The notes under the pieces are model-generated. The model ran no database searches, had not been told where the DNA came from, and saw nothing but the letters and a program-made list of their open reading frames with translations. This document shows, piece by piece, positions 1-7,268 of a stretch of DNA of 48,031 nt. The stretch is taken from positions 1-48,031 of IMG/VR virus record IMGVR_UViG_3300009702_000002; one strand, 5' to 3'. The translations under genes were made by a program, and so were the position numbers. This stretch comes from a virus. How positions within the stretch are numbered: the first letter of the stretch is position 1; every line of letters begins with the position of its first letter.

Positions 1-123
1 TCTTTTTTAGTCAAAAATTCATTAGCCCATCGTTTTTCAGTGGACGTTTTTCGGATATTTATTTTAAAGCCGTCATGCAAATGGTGTTTGGCTCGATAAT
101 AAGTAGTTAGATTATTCATCAAA
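1..123. repeat. Terminal direct repeat, copy 1 (identical to 47909..48031); closure overlap of a complete genome
   Basis: Base-by-base identity of 1-123 with the last 123 nt of the window. Implies a 47,908-bp unit. 1-119 duplicates the 5' end of CDS 47710..48027. Confidence 0.95.
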
Positions 124-303
124 TACACCATTTTTAAAGTCTTGTTCAAGCTCTTCTAACTGTTCCGGTGTAAAAGTAAAACATTCATTAGCTAAGTCTT
201 TTAATTGACTAAATTCAGTTGCTTTACAAGCTTGAGTATATAGATATTCATCATTAGAAAAATATAGGCTTAATTCTTGGTCACTGTATTGTGTAATATT
301 CAT
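112..303 (-). CDS. Hypothetical small acidic protein (63 aa)
   Basis: ORF track. D/E-rich. GACAAGGGG box 4 nt upstream of ATG. Its 3' end overlaps (ATGAATAA) the start of the gene that continues across the circular junction. Confidence 0.6.
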   Translation of the reverse strand: MNITQYSDQELSLYFSNDEYLYTQACKATEFSQLKDLANECFTFTPEQLEELEQDFKNGVFDE

Positions 304-307
304 TTTC

Positions 308-322
308 TACCCCTTGTCGGTA
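308..322 (-). promoter_or_regulatory. Stem-loop UACC-GACAAGG-GGUA displaying the SD box upstream of CDS 112..303
   Basis: Plus strand taccCCTTGTCggta. 4-bp complementary arms around the conserved loop. Confidence 0.45.
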
Positions 323-377
323 TATTGTTTAGTCTAGTTTATATTTAAGTTAAATACAATTAAATATAGTAATTAAT

Positions 378-569
378 TTATTTATCAAATTTTGCTTGTC
401 TTTTTTGGCATTCTAAAATCGCTTTTTTAGCGCCCTGGTTCCCTTTAATGCCAATTTGAGCGACACGGGTACTATGAGTAATGCCATTTTGCAGGACTTC
501 AAAGCCATTCTTAACGCGTAATACCCAGAAATTATGCAATTCATAGATAATATCGGATTCTTTTATCAT
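378..569 (-). CDS. Hypothetical protein (63 aa)
   Basis: ORF track. ATGA start/stop overlap with the upstream 41-aa ORF. Confidence 0.6.
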   Translation of the reverse strand: MIKESDIIYELHNFWVLRVKNGFEVLQNGITHSTRVAQIGIKGNQGAKKAILECQKRQAKFDK

Positions 570-691
570 AATTTCACTACTCTGTAGTTATGCTTAACAT
601 TAGCGTTAACTAAATTAGTTATACATTGTTTATAAGTAAGCCCAGTAATTAAGACCGTTTTATTGTTTGAAAATATATATAAATTGTACAT
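566..691 (-). CDS. Hypothetical small protein (41 aa, below ORF-track cutoff)
   Basis: Hand translation MYNLYIFSNNKTVLITGLTYKQCITNLVNANVKHNYRVVKL. Preceded by GACAAGGGG box. TGA overlaps the ATG of 378..569. Confidence 0.4.
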   Translation of the reverse strand: MYNLYIFSNNKTVLITGLTYKQCITNLVNANVKHNYRVVKL

Positions 692-695
692 TTTG

Positions 696-710
696 ATCCC
701 CTTGTCGGAT
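696..710 (-). promoter_or_regulatory. Stem-loop AUCC-GACAAGG-GGAU displaying the SD box upstream of CDS 566..691
   Basis: Plus strand atccCCTTGTCggat. Confidence 0.45.
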
Positions 711-782
711 TAAATTATTTAAAAGTTTTTACTGGCAAAAAAACTAAGTTCTGGCGAGGTTTTTAACCACCTGGAAATTAAT

Positions 783-1013
783 TTATAACTGTAAAGCCTT
801 CACATTTATATAACGTGTTCCGTCTCTATCAGTTTGAGTAAAATATGTCCCAGACTTTAGATTTTCGTGAATTTCTTTCCAGTGAAGTGCATTATCACCT
901 TTATTTAAAAAAGTATGCATTTGTTCAGCATATTTAAAGGCCCTGACTTTGTAACGATTGCTTAATGCTTGACCTTGTTTACAGCTTAATTGCTTAACTA
1001 TGTTGTATCTCAT
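783..1013 (-). CDS. Hypothetical protein (76 aa)
   Basis: ORF track. AAGGGG SD in a weak A/U hairpin upstream. Confidence 0.6.
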   Translation of the reverse strand: MRYNIVKQLSCKQGQALSNRYKVRAFKYAEQMHTFLNKGDNALHWKEIHENLKSGTYFTQTDRDGTRYINVKALQL

Positions 1014-1014
1014 T

Positions 1015-1032
1015 TTAAAACCCCTTTTTTAA
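1015..1032 (-). promoter_or_regulatory. Weak A/U stem-loop UUAAAA-AAGGGG-UUUUAA upstream of CDS 783..1013
   Basis: Plus strand ttaaaaCCCCTTttttaa. Confidence 0.3.
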
Positions 1033-1038
1033 TTTAGA

Positions 1039-1449
1039 TTAATATTGTGTCATAACCCAAGAATCGAGCTTGTTTCTATATTCTGGATATTCAGCTAAAT
1101 GATAGGTTAAGATTTTTTTTTCATGATCAAGTAGAATATCGTTATTTTTGATTAAACATATCCAAACTGAACGCGGATTAACTGTAAAATAATCGCATGA
1201 AGTTATATTTTTCAATACTTCAATTGAATCTGAATCTAATGGTATTTTAGGGTTTAAATAAACCCACAAGCTCGATGTTTCTTCAATCTCGCCCGTCTCA
1301 ACTGAATAAGCTTCATAGTAATCATAAATAGTAGGCTCAGTAATATCAGGGTATAAGATAGGATCTAAACACGATAGAATATGAGGATCTAAGTCATTAT
1401 AAACATTGACAGGTAAGTCTTTTAATTTTGTATCAAGTGATAATTTCAT
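1039..1449 (-). CDS. Hypothetical protein (136 aa)
   Basis: ORF track. 2-nt gap to the upstream gene. Confidence 0.65.
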   Translation of the reverse strand: MKLSLDTKLKDLPVNVYNDLDPHILSCLDPILYPDITEPTIYDYYEAYSVETGEIEETSSLWVYLNPKIPLDSDSIEVLKNITSCDYFTVNPRSVWICLIKNNDILLDHEKKILTYHLAEYPEYRNKLDSWVMTQY

Positions 1450-1451
1450 AA

Positions 1452-1763
1452 TTAACCCCTATTAAACATTGCTTCACGCTGTTCATTATCAAGCGTAATT
1501 GCCCATTTAATATTAGTACCATCATAAAGTTCAAATTGACCAATAACTGTTTGAATCTCATTGATTTGATAATCAACAGTTTCAAGTAAAAATTCGTTAT
1601 CCTCGTCACTTAATGAAGGGATACGAAGCAAGCCGAAGGTTTTAACGCCTTCAATATATCCGGTATCGGTCCAGATAACATGAGGAAGTAACCGAGTTTC
1701 GTAGCCGTAGGTATTATCAATATCATCATCAAGGATAATGCTTATAGTTGCTGTAGTTTTCAT
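1452..1763 (-). CDS. Hypothetical protein (103 aa; ORF-track N-terminus trimmed)
   Basis: The first 41 codons of ORF 1452..1886 are low-complexity read-through of an AT-rich intergenic region. The internal ATG at 1763 has an AGGA SD. A GACAAGG box lies at 1784..1790. Confidence 0.55.
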   Translation of the reverse strand: MKTTATISIILDDDIDNTYGYETRLLPHVIWTDTGYIEGVKTFGLLRIPSLSDEDNEFLLETVDYQINEIQTVIGQFELYDGTNIKWAITLDNEQREAMFNRG

Positions 1764-1938
1764 AATATTTAATCCTGTATTTACCTTGTCTGTGCAAAGA
1801 ATAGCTTTAAATATAAATAAATACAAGTAAATATTAATAAATATTACAAATAATTTCAAATAAATAAATAATGCTAACAAAATCATGTAGTTATAAATTA
1901 TTGCCAGTTTCTAAGTTCTTGAAAAATAAGGTTAAATC

Positions 1939-2442
1939 ATGGCTAAAACAGCACTAGCGAATAAAGGGAGCAAATACAGCGATCAGGATAGATACGCAGC
2001 TATGGCTTGTTATGCAGTACACGGGAATTTGACTAAGTGTAAAGATTTGCTGGGTATTCCAGTAACAACAATACACGATTGGTCTAAAAGTGAGTGGTGG
2101 TTATCTGCGATCGAACAAGTTCGTATTGAAAAACAGGATGAGATAGACGCAGGCATCCAGAAAATTATTGACAGGTCGATAGAAAGCGTTGTAACGCGCT
2201 TGGATAAAGGCGACGAAGTAATAACTAGCAAAGGCGAAACGCTCTATAAGGCCGTCTCAGCTCGTGACAGCGCGACAATTTTAGGTATATCTTTCGACAA
2301 ACAAAGGATATTAAGAATGTTACCCACTTCTATTAGCTCAGCTGGCAATGACGATAAGTTATTGAATTTGTTAGAGAAATTCGAAGAATTAGCACAAGAA
2401 AAGACAAAACAGATAGAAGCTACAGTGATAGCGGAAGGTTGA
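1939..2442 (+). CDS. HTH DNA-binding protein, possible small terminase subunit
   Basis: 167 aa. N-terminal HTH-like LTKCKDLLGIPVTTIHDWSK and a coiled-coil C-terminus. First plus-strand gene after the divergent AT-rich region. The TerS assignment rests on position and architecture only. Confidence 0.45.
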   Translation: MAKTALANKGSKYSDQDRYAAMACYAVHGNLTKCKDLLGIPVTTIHDWSKSEWWLSAIEQVRIEKQDEIDAGIQKIIDRSIESVVTRLDKGDEVITSKGETLYKAVSARDSATILGISFDKQRILRMLPTSISSAGNDDKLLNLLEKFEELAQEKTKQIEATVIAEG

Positions 2443-3015
2443 CAACCTTAAGTCTATCTAATGATATCAATAGCTTACGTTAGTATTGTCATGTTATTGT
2501 AAAGCGATACTGTATAACAGGACGGTCACGCACTATGAATCAATAGCTTACACTATAATTGTAGCTTATAGTCAGCATGCTATCGATGATAGCGTGTAAG
2601 TGGTTGATAATAAAAGCATTATAATAACCACAATTTCGATGGGGGGATAGGGCAAATTATTCAAGTAATGGTAACGACAACAACCCCCACCCAACACTCC
2701 CACAATCTTAAAGCAATATTCATCCTTACTTTAACTGTGGTTATATACCTAAGTCCTTGATTCTTGGTTGAAGGTCTCGAAATACACGGGAAAACATATT
2801 TTGTTTCTCAAAAAACACTTTTTTATTTTAGGTTTATGCCTAGATATACACCTTTATGACCCTGTTTAAGCTCAATTATTGGTCCGCACTGATAAAGCGA
2901 GTGCCTTTTGAGCATAAATTGAGCAGGGTCGCCTAATTTTTAAAGCGAAGCGTCTATTTTTATAATTTTTTACAAAAATAAAAGGTCTTTTTATACCTAG
3001 ATATAGACTTTTTGT
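2443..3015. other. 570-bp non-coding region with direct and nested inverted repeats (pac/cos, regulatory or ncRNA candidate)
   Basis: No ORF. ATCAATAGCTTAC x2 (2466..2478, 2539..2551). Palindrome GCTATCGATGATAGC (2579..2593). G6 and C5 tracts. Nested dyads 2858..2930. 17-bp repeat TATnCCTAGATATAnAC (2835..2851, 2992..3008). Confidence 0.6.
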
Positions 3016-3867
3016 ATGAAAAGGCATCAATTTTACGGGGAAAACACTTTAATAAATAATCTTCTAGTTTGCTTTAGTGGCGGTAAAACCTCTGCCTATA
3101 TGACAAAGAAAATCAAGGAAAGCTTCACTGGCGACTTGCGTGTGGTGTTTGCTAACACGGGTCAAGAGAATGATGAGACCTTGGAATTTGTTCGTGACTG
3201 TGATCGGTACTTTGGGTTTGAGACTGTTTGGCTCGAAGCTGAGGTGCAGGAACGCAACACCGCGACTTCGTTTAAAGTGGTGGATTTTGAGTCGGCGAAT
3301 CGTGACGGGGCTATTTTTGAGACAGTTATACAGAAATACGGTATTCCGAACGTGTCCTATCCCCATTGCACTCGTGAGCTAAAGGAACGACCGCTCCATT
3401 CTTATGTTAAAGCGATTGGCTGGGCGCGAGGGAATTATCAGACAGCTATCGGTATCCGCACTGATGAGACTCGGCGTGTACGGAAAACGAAAGATTATCA
3501 AAATATTGTCTATCCATTGGTTGACTGGTTTCCGGCTGATAAAGATGACGTTAATGATTTTTGGGAAGATCAGAAATTCAATTTAAAGCTTGCTGAACAT
3601 AAAGGGAATTGCAAGTGGTGTTGGAAAAAGTCTTTAAAGAAACATTCAGTTTTAATTCATGAGTCTCCTGAGATTTACAACTTTCCTCGGAAGATGGAAC
3701 AGAAATATGGTTATGCTGGTCACAATGACGGCGTTCGCAAAAGAGTGTTTTTTAGGGGGAATCGTTCCACTGATGACTTGTTTAAATTATCAGAAACCAC
3801 TGGAACGGTCGATCAGGACCTTGACGGGGGATGTTCTGAGAGTTGTGAAATTTATGCGACGACGTGA
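3016..3867 (+). CDS. PP-loop ATP-pyrophosphatase, PAPS-reductase / adenine-nucleotide-alpha-hydrolase superfamily
   Basis: 283 aa. LVCFSGGKTSAYM (SGGxxS PP-loop). C-terminal Cys pairs CKWC and CSESC. Confidence 0.7.
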   Translation: MKRHQFYGENTLINNLLVCFSGGKTSAYMTKKIKESFTGDLRVVFANTGQENDETLEFVRDCDRYFGFETVWLEAEVQERNTATSFKVVDFESANRDGAIFETVIQKYGIPNVSYPHCTRELKERPLHSYVKAIGWARGNYQTAIGIRTDETRRVRKTKDYQNIVYPLVDWFPADKDDVNDFWEDQKFNLKLAEHKGNCKWCWKKSLKKHSVLIHESPEIYNFPRKMEQKYGYAGHNDGVRKRVFFRGNRSTDDLFKLSETTGTVDQDLDGGCSESCEIYATT

Positions 3868-3907
3868 CTACCCACACCGCCGGAAACTTCTCTGATACGC
3901 TAACAGA

Positions 3908-4654
3908 ATGAATATTATTTCCTCAAGCTATGGTAATGATTCGATTGCCTTGATTCAGTGGGCGCATGAGCAAAATCTTGATGATGTGACCGTTGTTTAC
4001 TGTGATACTGGTTGGGCTGCTCCTGATTGGGAGGAACGAGTTAAGCTGGGGGAGATTTTTGCACGCGAATGTGGTTTTAAGGTTAAGACTGTGAAATCGA
4101 TGGGTTTTGAAGAACTCGTTAGGATGAAAAAAGGCTTCCCTGCGAATCAGTATCAGTTTTGCACTGCTCATCTTAAAGGGATTCCATTTCTCAACTGGCT
4201 TGATGATTTTGATCCTGAGCGAAAAGCGGTTGTGTTGATTGGGAAAAGACGGGCTGAAAGTAAAGCAAGGGCTGAAACACCTGAATTTATGCAGTCTGAG
4301 TATCACGGTGATCGGACTGTCTGGCATCCATTATATAAGCACTCGGATAAAGATAGGAATGCTTTAGTGACGAAGGCGTGCTTCGATATTCTTCCTCATC
4401 GGAGTCAGGAGTGTTCGCCTTGTGTGAATGCTAACCGGTCAGATTTTCTGCTATTGACGAAATCTCAAATTGAACGGGTTTCTGCTTTGGAAGTGGAATT
4501 AGGAAAACCGATGTTTAGACCGAAACGCTTTGGCGCTGTTGGAATTTACGGTGTCATGGCTTGGGCGAAATACGGGAAGAATAATAAAAATCTGCTCGAT
4601 GAGGAATTACTTGAAGATGAGGGCTGCGGGAGTCCATTTGGTTGTGGCCTTTGA
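3908..4654 (+). CDS. PAPS-reductase-like protein with degenerate PP-loop
   Basis: 248 aa. SSSYGNDSIAL in place of SGGxDS, GKRRAES, and Cys pairs CSPC and CGSPFGC. Confidence 0.65.
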   Translation: MNIISSSYGNDSIALIQWAHEQNLDDVTVVYCDTGWAAPDWEERVKLGEIFARECGFKVKTVKSMGFEELVRMKKGFPANQYQFCTAHLKGIPFLNWLDDFDPERKAVVLIGKRRAESKARAETPEFMQSEYHGDRTVWHPLYKHSDKDRNALVTKACFDILPHRSQECSPCVNANRSDFLLLTKSQIERVSALEVELGKPMFRPKRFGAVGIYGVMAWAKYGKNNKNLLDEELLEDEGCGSPFGCGL

Positions 4655-4686
4655 CTTAATGTTCACTACCGTGTAACACTTGAGGT

Positions 4687-4908
4687 ATGAAATGGATTCC
4701 TGTCAAAGTTTTACCCAACGAAGGCCAAAAGGTGTTCTATCATTATGTTGGTGGGACCTTTGCTGGTATGTACTACGGTCTTAGTGATAATGAAGACCTG
4801 AGAGGATTACCTTGTTTTGGTGGTGATTCTGGCTTCCTTTGTGGTGACGTAACCCACTGGATGCCACGGGAAGATGGCGATCTCCTTCCTGAGAAACCTC
4901 ATGGATAA
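4687..4908 (+). CDS. DUF551-like phage protein
   Basis: 73 aa. WIPVKVLP near the N-terminus and THWMP near the C-terminus, as in DUF551 proteins. Confidence 0.5.
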   Translation: MKWIPVKVLPNEGQKVFYHYVGGTFAGMYYGLSDNEDLRGLPCFGGDSGFLCGDVTHWMPREDGDLLPEKPHG

Positions 4909-5053
4909 GTGTCAAGGAAAAGGCTGTGACAAGCACAACATGAAAACCTACTGGTTTTTTGATGAAACCGATCATTATAAAAAACTGACAAAAACCCATA
5001 AACAGACCAGATGTAAAGTTTGTGGTCTTTTTACTGTTTGGGTTAAGAAATGA
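4901..5053 (+). CDS. Small Cys4 zinc-ribbon-like protein (50 aa, below cutoff)
   Basis: Hand translation MDKCQGKGCDKHN...RCKVCGLFTVWVKK. The ATG overlaps the stop of the upstream gene. Confidence 0.4.
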   Translation: MDKCQGKGCDKHNMKTYWFFDETDHYKKLTKTHKQTRCKVCGLFTVWVKK

Positions 5054-5079
5054 ATCTCCCCTATTAGACAAGAAACGGA

Positions 5080-5379
5080 TTGATGACTAAAAAAACTGAT
5101 AAAGAAGAAATATTAAAAAAACTTGTAGCTCACTTCGATGAGCAAGCTTTAGCTATTTACGATGATTCTAAAGAACAAATTCTTATCGCTGGTTGTGTCG
5201 GTTTCAACGACGCGCAAATGTTTATTACTGGGGCAATGAACCATAGACGGTCTGCTAGTTTAATGTTGGTAATGGTTAAAGGTTTGTCCGAGATGTTAAA
5301 AATTATAAATGATAAAGAAGCTGAATTTTTAGATGAGCTGATCGAAAGGCTTAGGGAATCCTCTAAATCGCTCAATTAA
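5080..5379 (+). CDS. Hypothetical protein (99 aa)
   Basis: ORF track. Confidence 0.6.
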   Translation: MMTKKTDKEEILKKLVAHFDEQALAIYDDSKEQILIAGCVGFNDAQMFITGAMNHRRSASLMLVMVKGLSEMLKIINDKEAEFLDELIERLRESSKSLN

Positions 5380-5386
5380 TCGCATT

Positions 5387-5566
5387 TCATTGTAAATATT
5401 TTTTATAGATAGCCATAATTTTTTCATTGTCTTCTAATGAAATATGCTTTTCGACTAACATGCCTGTGGATAAGATTTGAATTATAAAATCTTGTGTTGG
5501 TATTTTGCGTTTTATTGCAGCCTCTATTAGATCTTGCTCTAAATAGGTAGGTAGTTTTATTTTCAT
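5387..5566 (-). CDS. Ribbon-helix-helix-like small protein (59 aa, below cutoff)
   Basis: Hand translation MKIKLPTYLEQDLIEAAIKRKIPTQDFIIQIL.... ATGA overlap with the upstream gene. Confidence 0.4.
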   Translation of the reverse strand: MKIKLPTYLEQDLIEAAIKRKIPTQDFIIQILSTGMLVEKHISLEDNEKIMAIYKKYLQ

Positions 5567-5904
5567 TTATTCCTTTTGATTGCTGCTTTTGCAGCTTTAA
5601 CGAAGTCAGGAGGAAAGTGTTTTAAAACCTCTGGCTTGTATTTTATTTTTTTATAAACTTTGCGACAGTCCATTTCTTTACAGATCGTAGGTTGCGAGCC
5701 GTGAATAGTGCAGCCTTTATCTAAGTAGATACAGTCGCCGTTATCCTTGTGTTTTAATGTAAATCGTCCGTCATGGAAATCCGTTAGATAGTTATTTGGG
5801 TTGTCGCCGCATTCAGGGTGAAGGTAAATTAAATCTTTTTGACAACACACAACACAAGAACCGCAGTTTAAAAGCCGAACTTTGTTTTTTTGATCAACTT
5901 GCAT
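5563..5904 (-). CDS. YkgJ/UPF0153-type CxxCxxCC zinc/iron-chelating domain protein
   Basis: 113 aa. CGSCVVCC plus four further Cys. Confidence 0.6.
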   Translation of the reverse strand: MQVDQKNKVRLLNCGSCVVCCQKDLIYLHPECGDNPNNYLTDFHDGRFTLKHKDNGDCIYLDKGCTIHGSQPTICKEMDCRKVYKKIKYKPEVLKHFPPDFVKAAKAAIKRNK

Positions 5905-6076
5905 TAAACATTTCTTTTAATTTTATCCACTGGCGAACAGAGTCTTGAGTCCAGCGTTTTTGATTTTCAACGACACCCCAGTGCGGCGGGAATATATCTT
6001 TTGAGATTAGATCACGAAGTTCATCTTCGTTAAATCCAGTCTGATCCATGACTTCGTTAATGTTCAGTAGGTTCAT
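5894..6076 (-). CDS. AlpA-like HTH regulator
   Basis: 60 aa. INEVMDQTGFNEDELRDLISKDIFPP...RWTQDSVRQWI matches the AlpA/excisionase-type pattern. Confidence 0.55.
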   Translation of the reverse strand: MNLLNINEVMDQTGFNEDELRDLISKDIFPPHWGVVENQKRWTQDSVRQWIKLKEMFNAS

Positions 6077-6254
6077 TAGAATACCTAAGCAGTTTTTCAG
6101 TAATATCTACCTGATCTTTAATTGGCATATTCGCAATAGTGGCTGTCATTTCTAAAGAACGATTAACAATAAAGCTTGGGTCAGCATCTTCGTTAACTCG
6201 CATAATTTCAGTGATGGTCGCTATCGATTGTTCGTTAAGTTTAATTTTTATCAT
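6057..6254 (-). CDS. Hypothetical protein (65 aa)
   Basis: ORF track. Overlaps its neighbours. Confidence 0.55.
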   Translation of the reverse strand: MIKIKLNEQSIATITEIMRVNEDADPSFIVNRSLEMTATIANMPIKDQVDITEKLLRYSNEPTEH

Positions 6255-6429
6255 TGGTTTTCATCTCAAACTCTTGAACCAGGAATGTGATTATATCAAC
6301 AGCAATCTCAGGTGATAGTTCGATATTGAATCGTCCATCGGAAAGATAAACTGTTTTATCTTCGTCGTGGGTGAAGCTATCAAGGGACCAACTTGAATCA
6401 ATTTTTAGTTTGTTTTTTATGATCGCCAT
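6241..6429 (-). CDS. Hypothetical protein (62 aa; ATG start preferred over the TTG of the ORF track)
   Basis: The ORF track starts at TTG 6438. The ATG at 6429 is preceded by GGGGAA. Confidence 0.5.
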   Translation of the reverse strand: MAIIKNKLKIDSSWSLDSFTHDEDKTVYLSDGRFNIELSPEIAVDIITFLVQEFEMKTNDKN

Positions 6430-6617
6430 GTTCCCCAAAGGTTAACACTGAGATGATTCAAAAGCGAGTCGTCTTTGTGTATTTGTTTATGGGATTTATT
6501 TTTTTGTTAAGCGCGGCTTTAATTCGAGCAAGAATAGAAACTGAATATTGTAAATTAACCGGCATCAATATTCCTTTTGAGCGAATTTTTTGGTCTCAAG
6601 CGGATTGTAGGCAAAGA

Positions 6618-6950
6618 TTATGGCGTTAAGTCGTCTTCTTTTAAAAAGATAAAAGTAAACTGTCCTTTTTCTAAATCATAATATAAATAGGTGTCTTTAG
6701 CGCATGATATTTCAGCTTTGCTTTCTGGGATGAATTGAAACGTAGTGAGATTTTCTTTTAAATTTTCATCATAAAAAGCAAACTGCGCGAATATTGCGCC
6801 AACGACTGGATTTCGTGAAAAGCTGCGATTTAACCAGACAAAACCTTTATCAAGATTAATGATAAAATTTAATTTGCCATTTTTGGATATTTCACTGTAC
6901 GCACTGAAAGTGTTTTTATCTGGATGGTCGCTGTCGATTATTATTTCCAT
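6618..6950 (-). CDS. Hypothetical protein (110 aa from the third in-frame ATG)
   Basis: ORF 6618..6971. The conserved 27-bp start element with TATAAT lies 4 nt upstream of the ATG at 6950. Start choice is uncertain. Confidence 0.5.
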   Translation of the reverse strand: MEIIIDSDHPDKNTFSAYSEISKNGKLNFIINLDKGFVWLNRSFSRNPVVGAIFAQFAFYDENLKENLTTFQFIPESKAEISCAKDTYLYYDLEKGQFTFIFLKEDDLTP

Positions 6951-6993
6951 GTTCATTATAGAGTAACACATATTGCAGGAAAAGACTGTAGCG

Positions 6994-7245
6994 TTAAAGC
7001 GTTATGTCTTTTCTCTCAACACGGAATTGCTCGAACCATATATCAAGATCATTTTTTCGATAAATTACTTTTCGTCCAACTTTATAGTAAGCCGGTCCAG
7101 CGCAAAGCTTGTTGTCGATTAACTGATGAGAACAGCGCAATTGCTTAAGGTATTGAATGCTAAAACCTAAATATTTAGCGGCCTCTTTAGTAGACATAGA
7201 AATATTGTCTAATGAATAAGTTTTTGATTTTGATTTTTTTGCCAT
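6994..7245 (-). CDS. Excisionase-family / MerR-like HTH DNA-binding protein
   Basis: STKEAAKYLGFSIQYLKQLR...GPAYYKVGRKVIYRKNDLDIW. Start trimmed to MAKKSKSK. Confidence 0.55.
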   Translation of the reverse strand: MAKKSKSKTYSLDNISMSTKEAAKYLGFSIQYLKQLRCSHQLIDNKLCAGPAYYKVGRKVIYRKNDLDIWFEQFRVERKDITL

Positions 7246-7268
7246 GTTCTTTAAAGGGTAACACATAA

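Noticed and set aside
1764-1886. Long N-terminal extensions offered by the ORF track: 1452..1886, 14549..14971, 24829..25332, 26803..27093, 30499..31620, 31571..31945, 34178..34396, 41323..41730, 45017..45316.
   Set aside because: The extensions overlap the preceding gene or run through AT-rich intergenic DNA. Internal ATGs sit right after the upstream stop and/or behind a good SD, so the shorter forms were annotated.
2010-2231. Antisense or alternative-frame ORFs lying inside confidently called genes. Examples: 2010..2231, 3064..3366, 3140..3382, 3404..3586, 3659..3895, 3923..4327, 4781..5071, 5157..5375, 8164..8379, 9123..9311, 9567..9803, 10670..10933, 11107..11388, 11707..12218, 12358..12570, 16909..17230, 18874..19191, 20494..20691, 20893..21138, 21437..22432, 25083..25292, 29189..29419, 32703..32912, 34470..34673, 35395..35649, 36935..37117, 37703..37942, 38367..38722, 39233..39415, 39623..39940, 41373..41603, 42569..42802, 42986..43698, 44601..44783, 45174..45467.
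   Set aside because: They overlap genes with clear motifs or operon context, lack SD sequences, and translate to low-complexity or repeat-mirroring peptides. They are typical shadow ORFs.
6458-6565. A possible 35-aa minus-strand ORF (MPVNLQYSVSILARIKAALNKKINPINKYTKTTRF) with an AAGGAA SD in the 6439..6617 gap.
   Set aside because: It is very short, with no coupling to neighbours and no recognisable feature. There is not enough support to annotate it.
6924-7148. Plus-strand ORF of 74 aa between the minus-strand genes 6618..6950 and 6994..7245.
   Set aside because: It is antisense to both neighbours and has no SD. It is explained by the low stop-codon content of the opposite strand.
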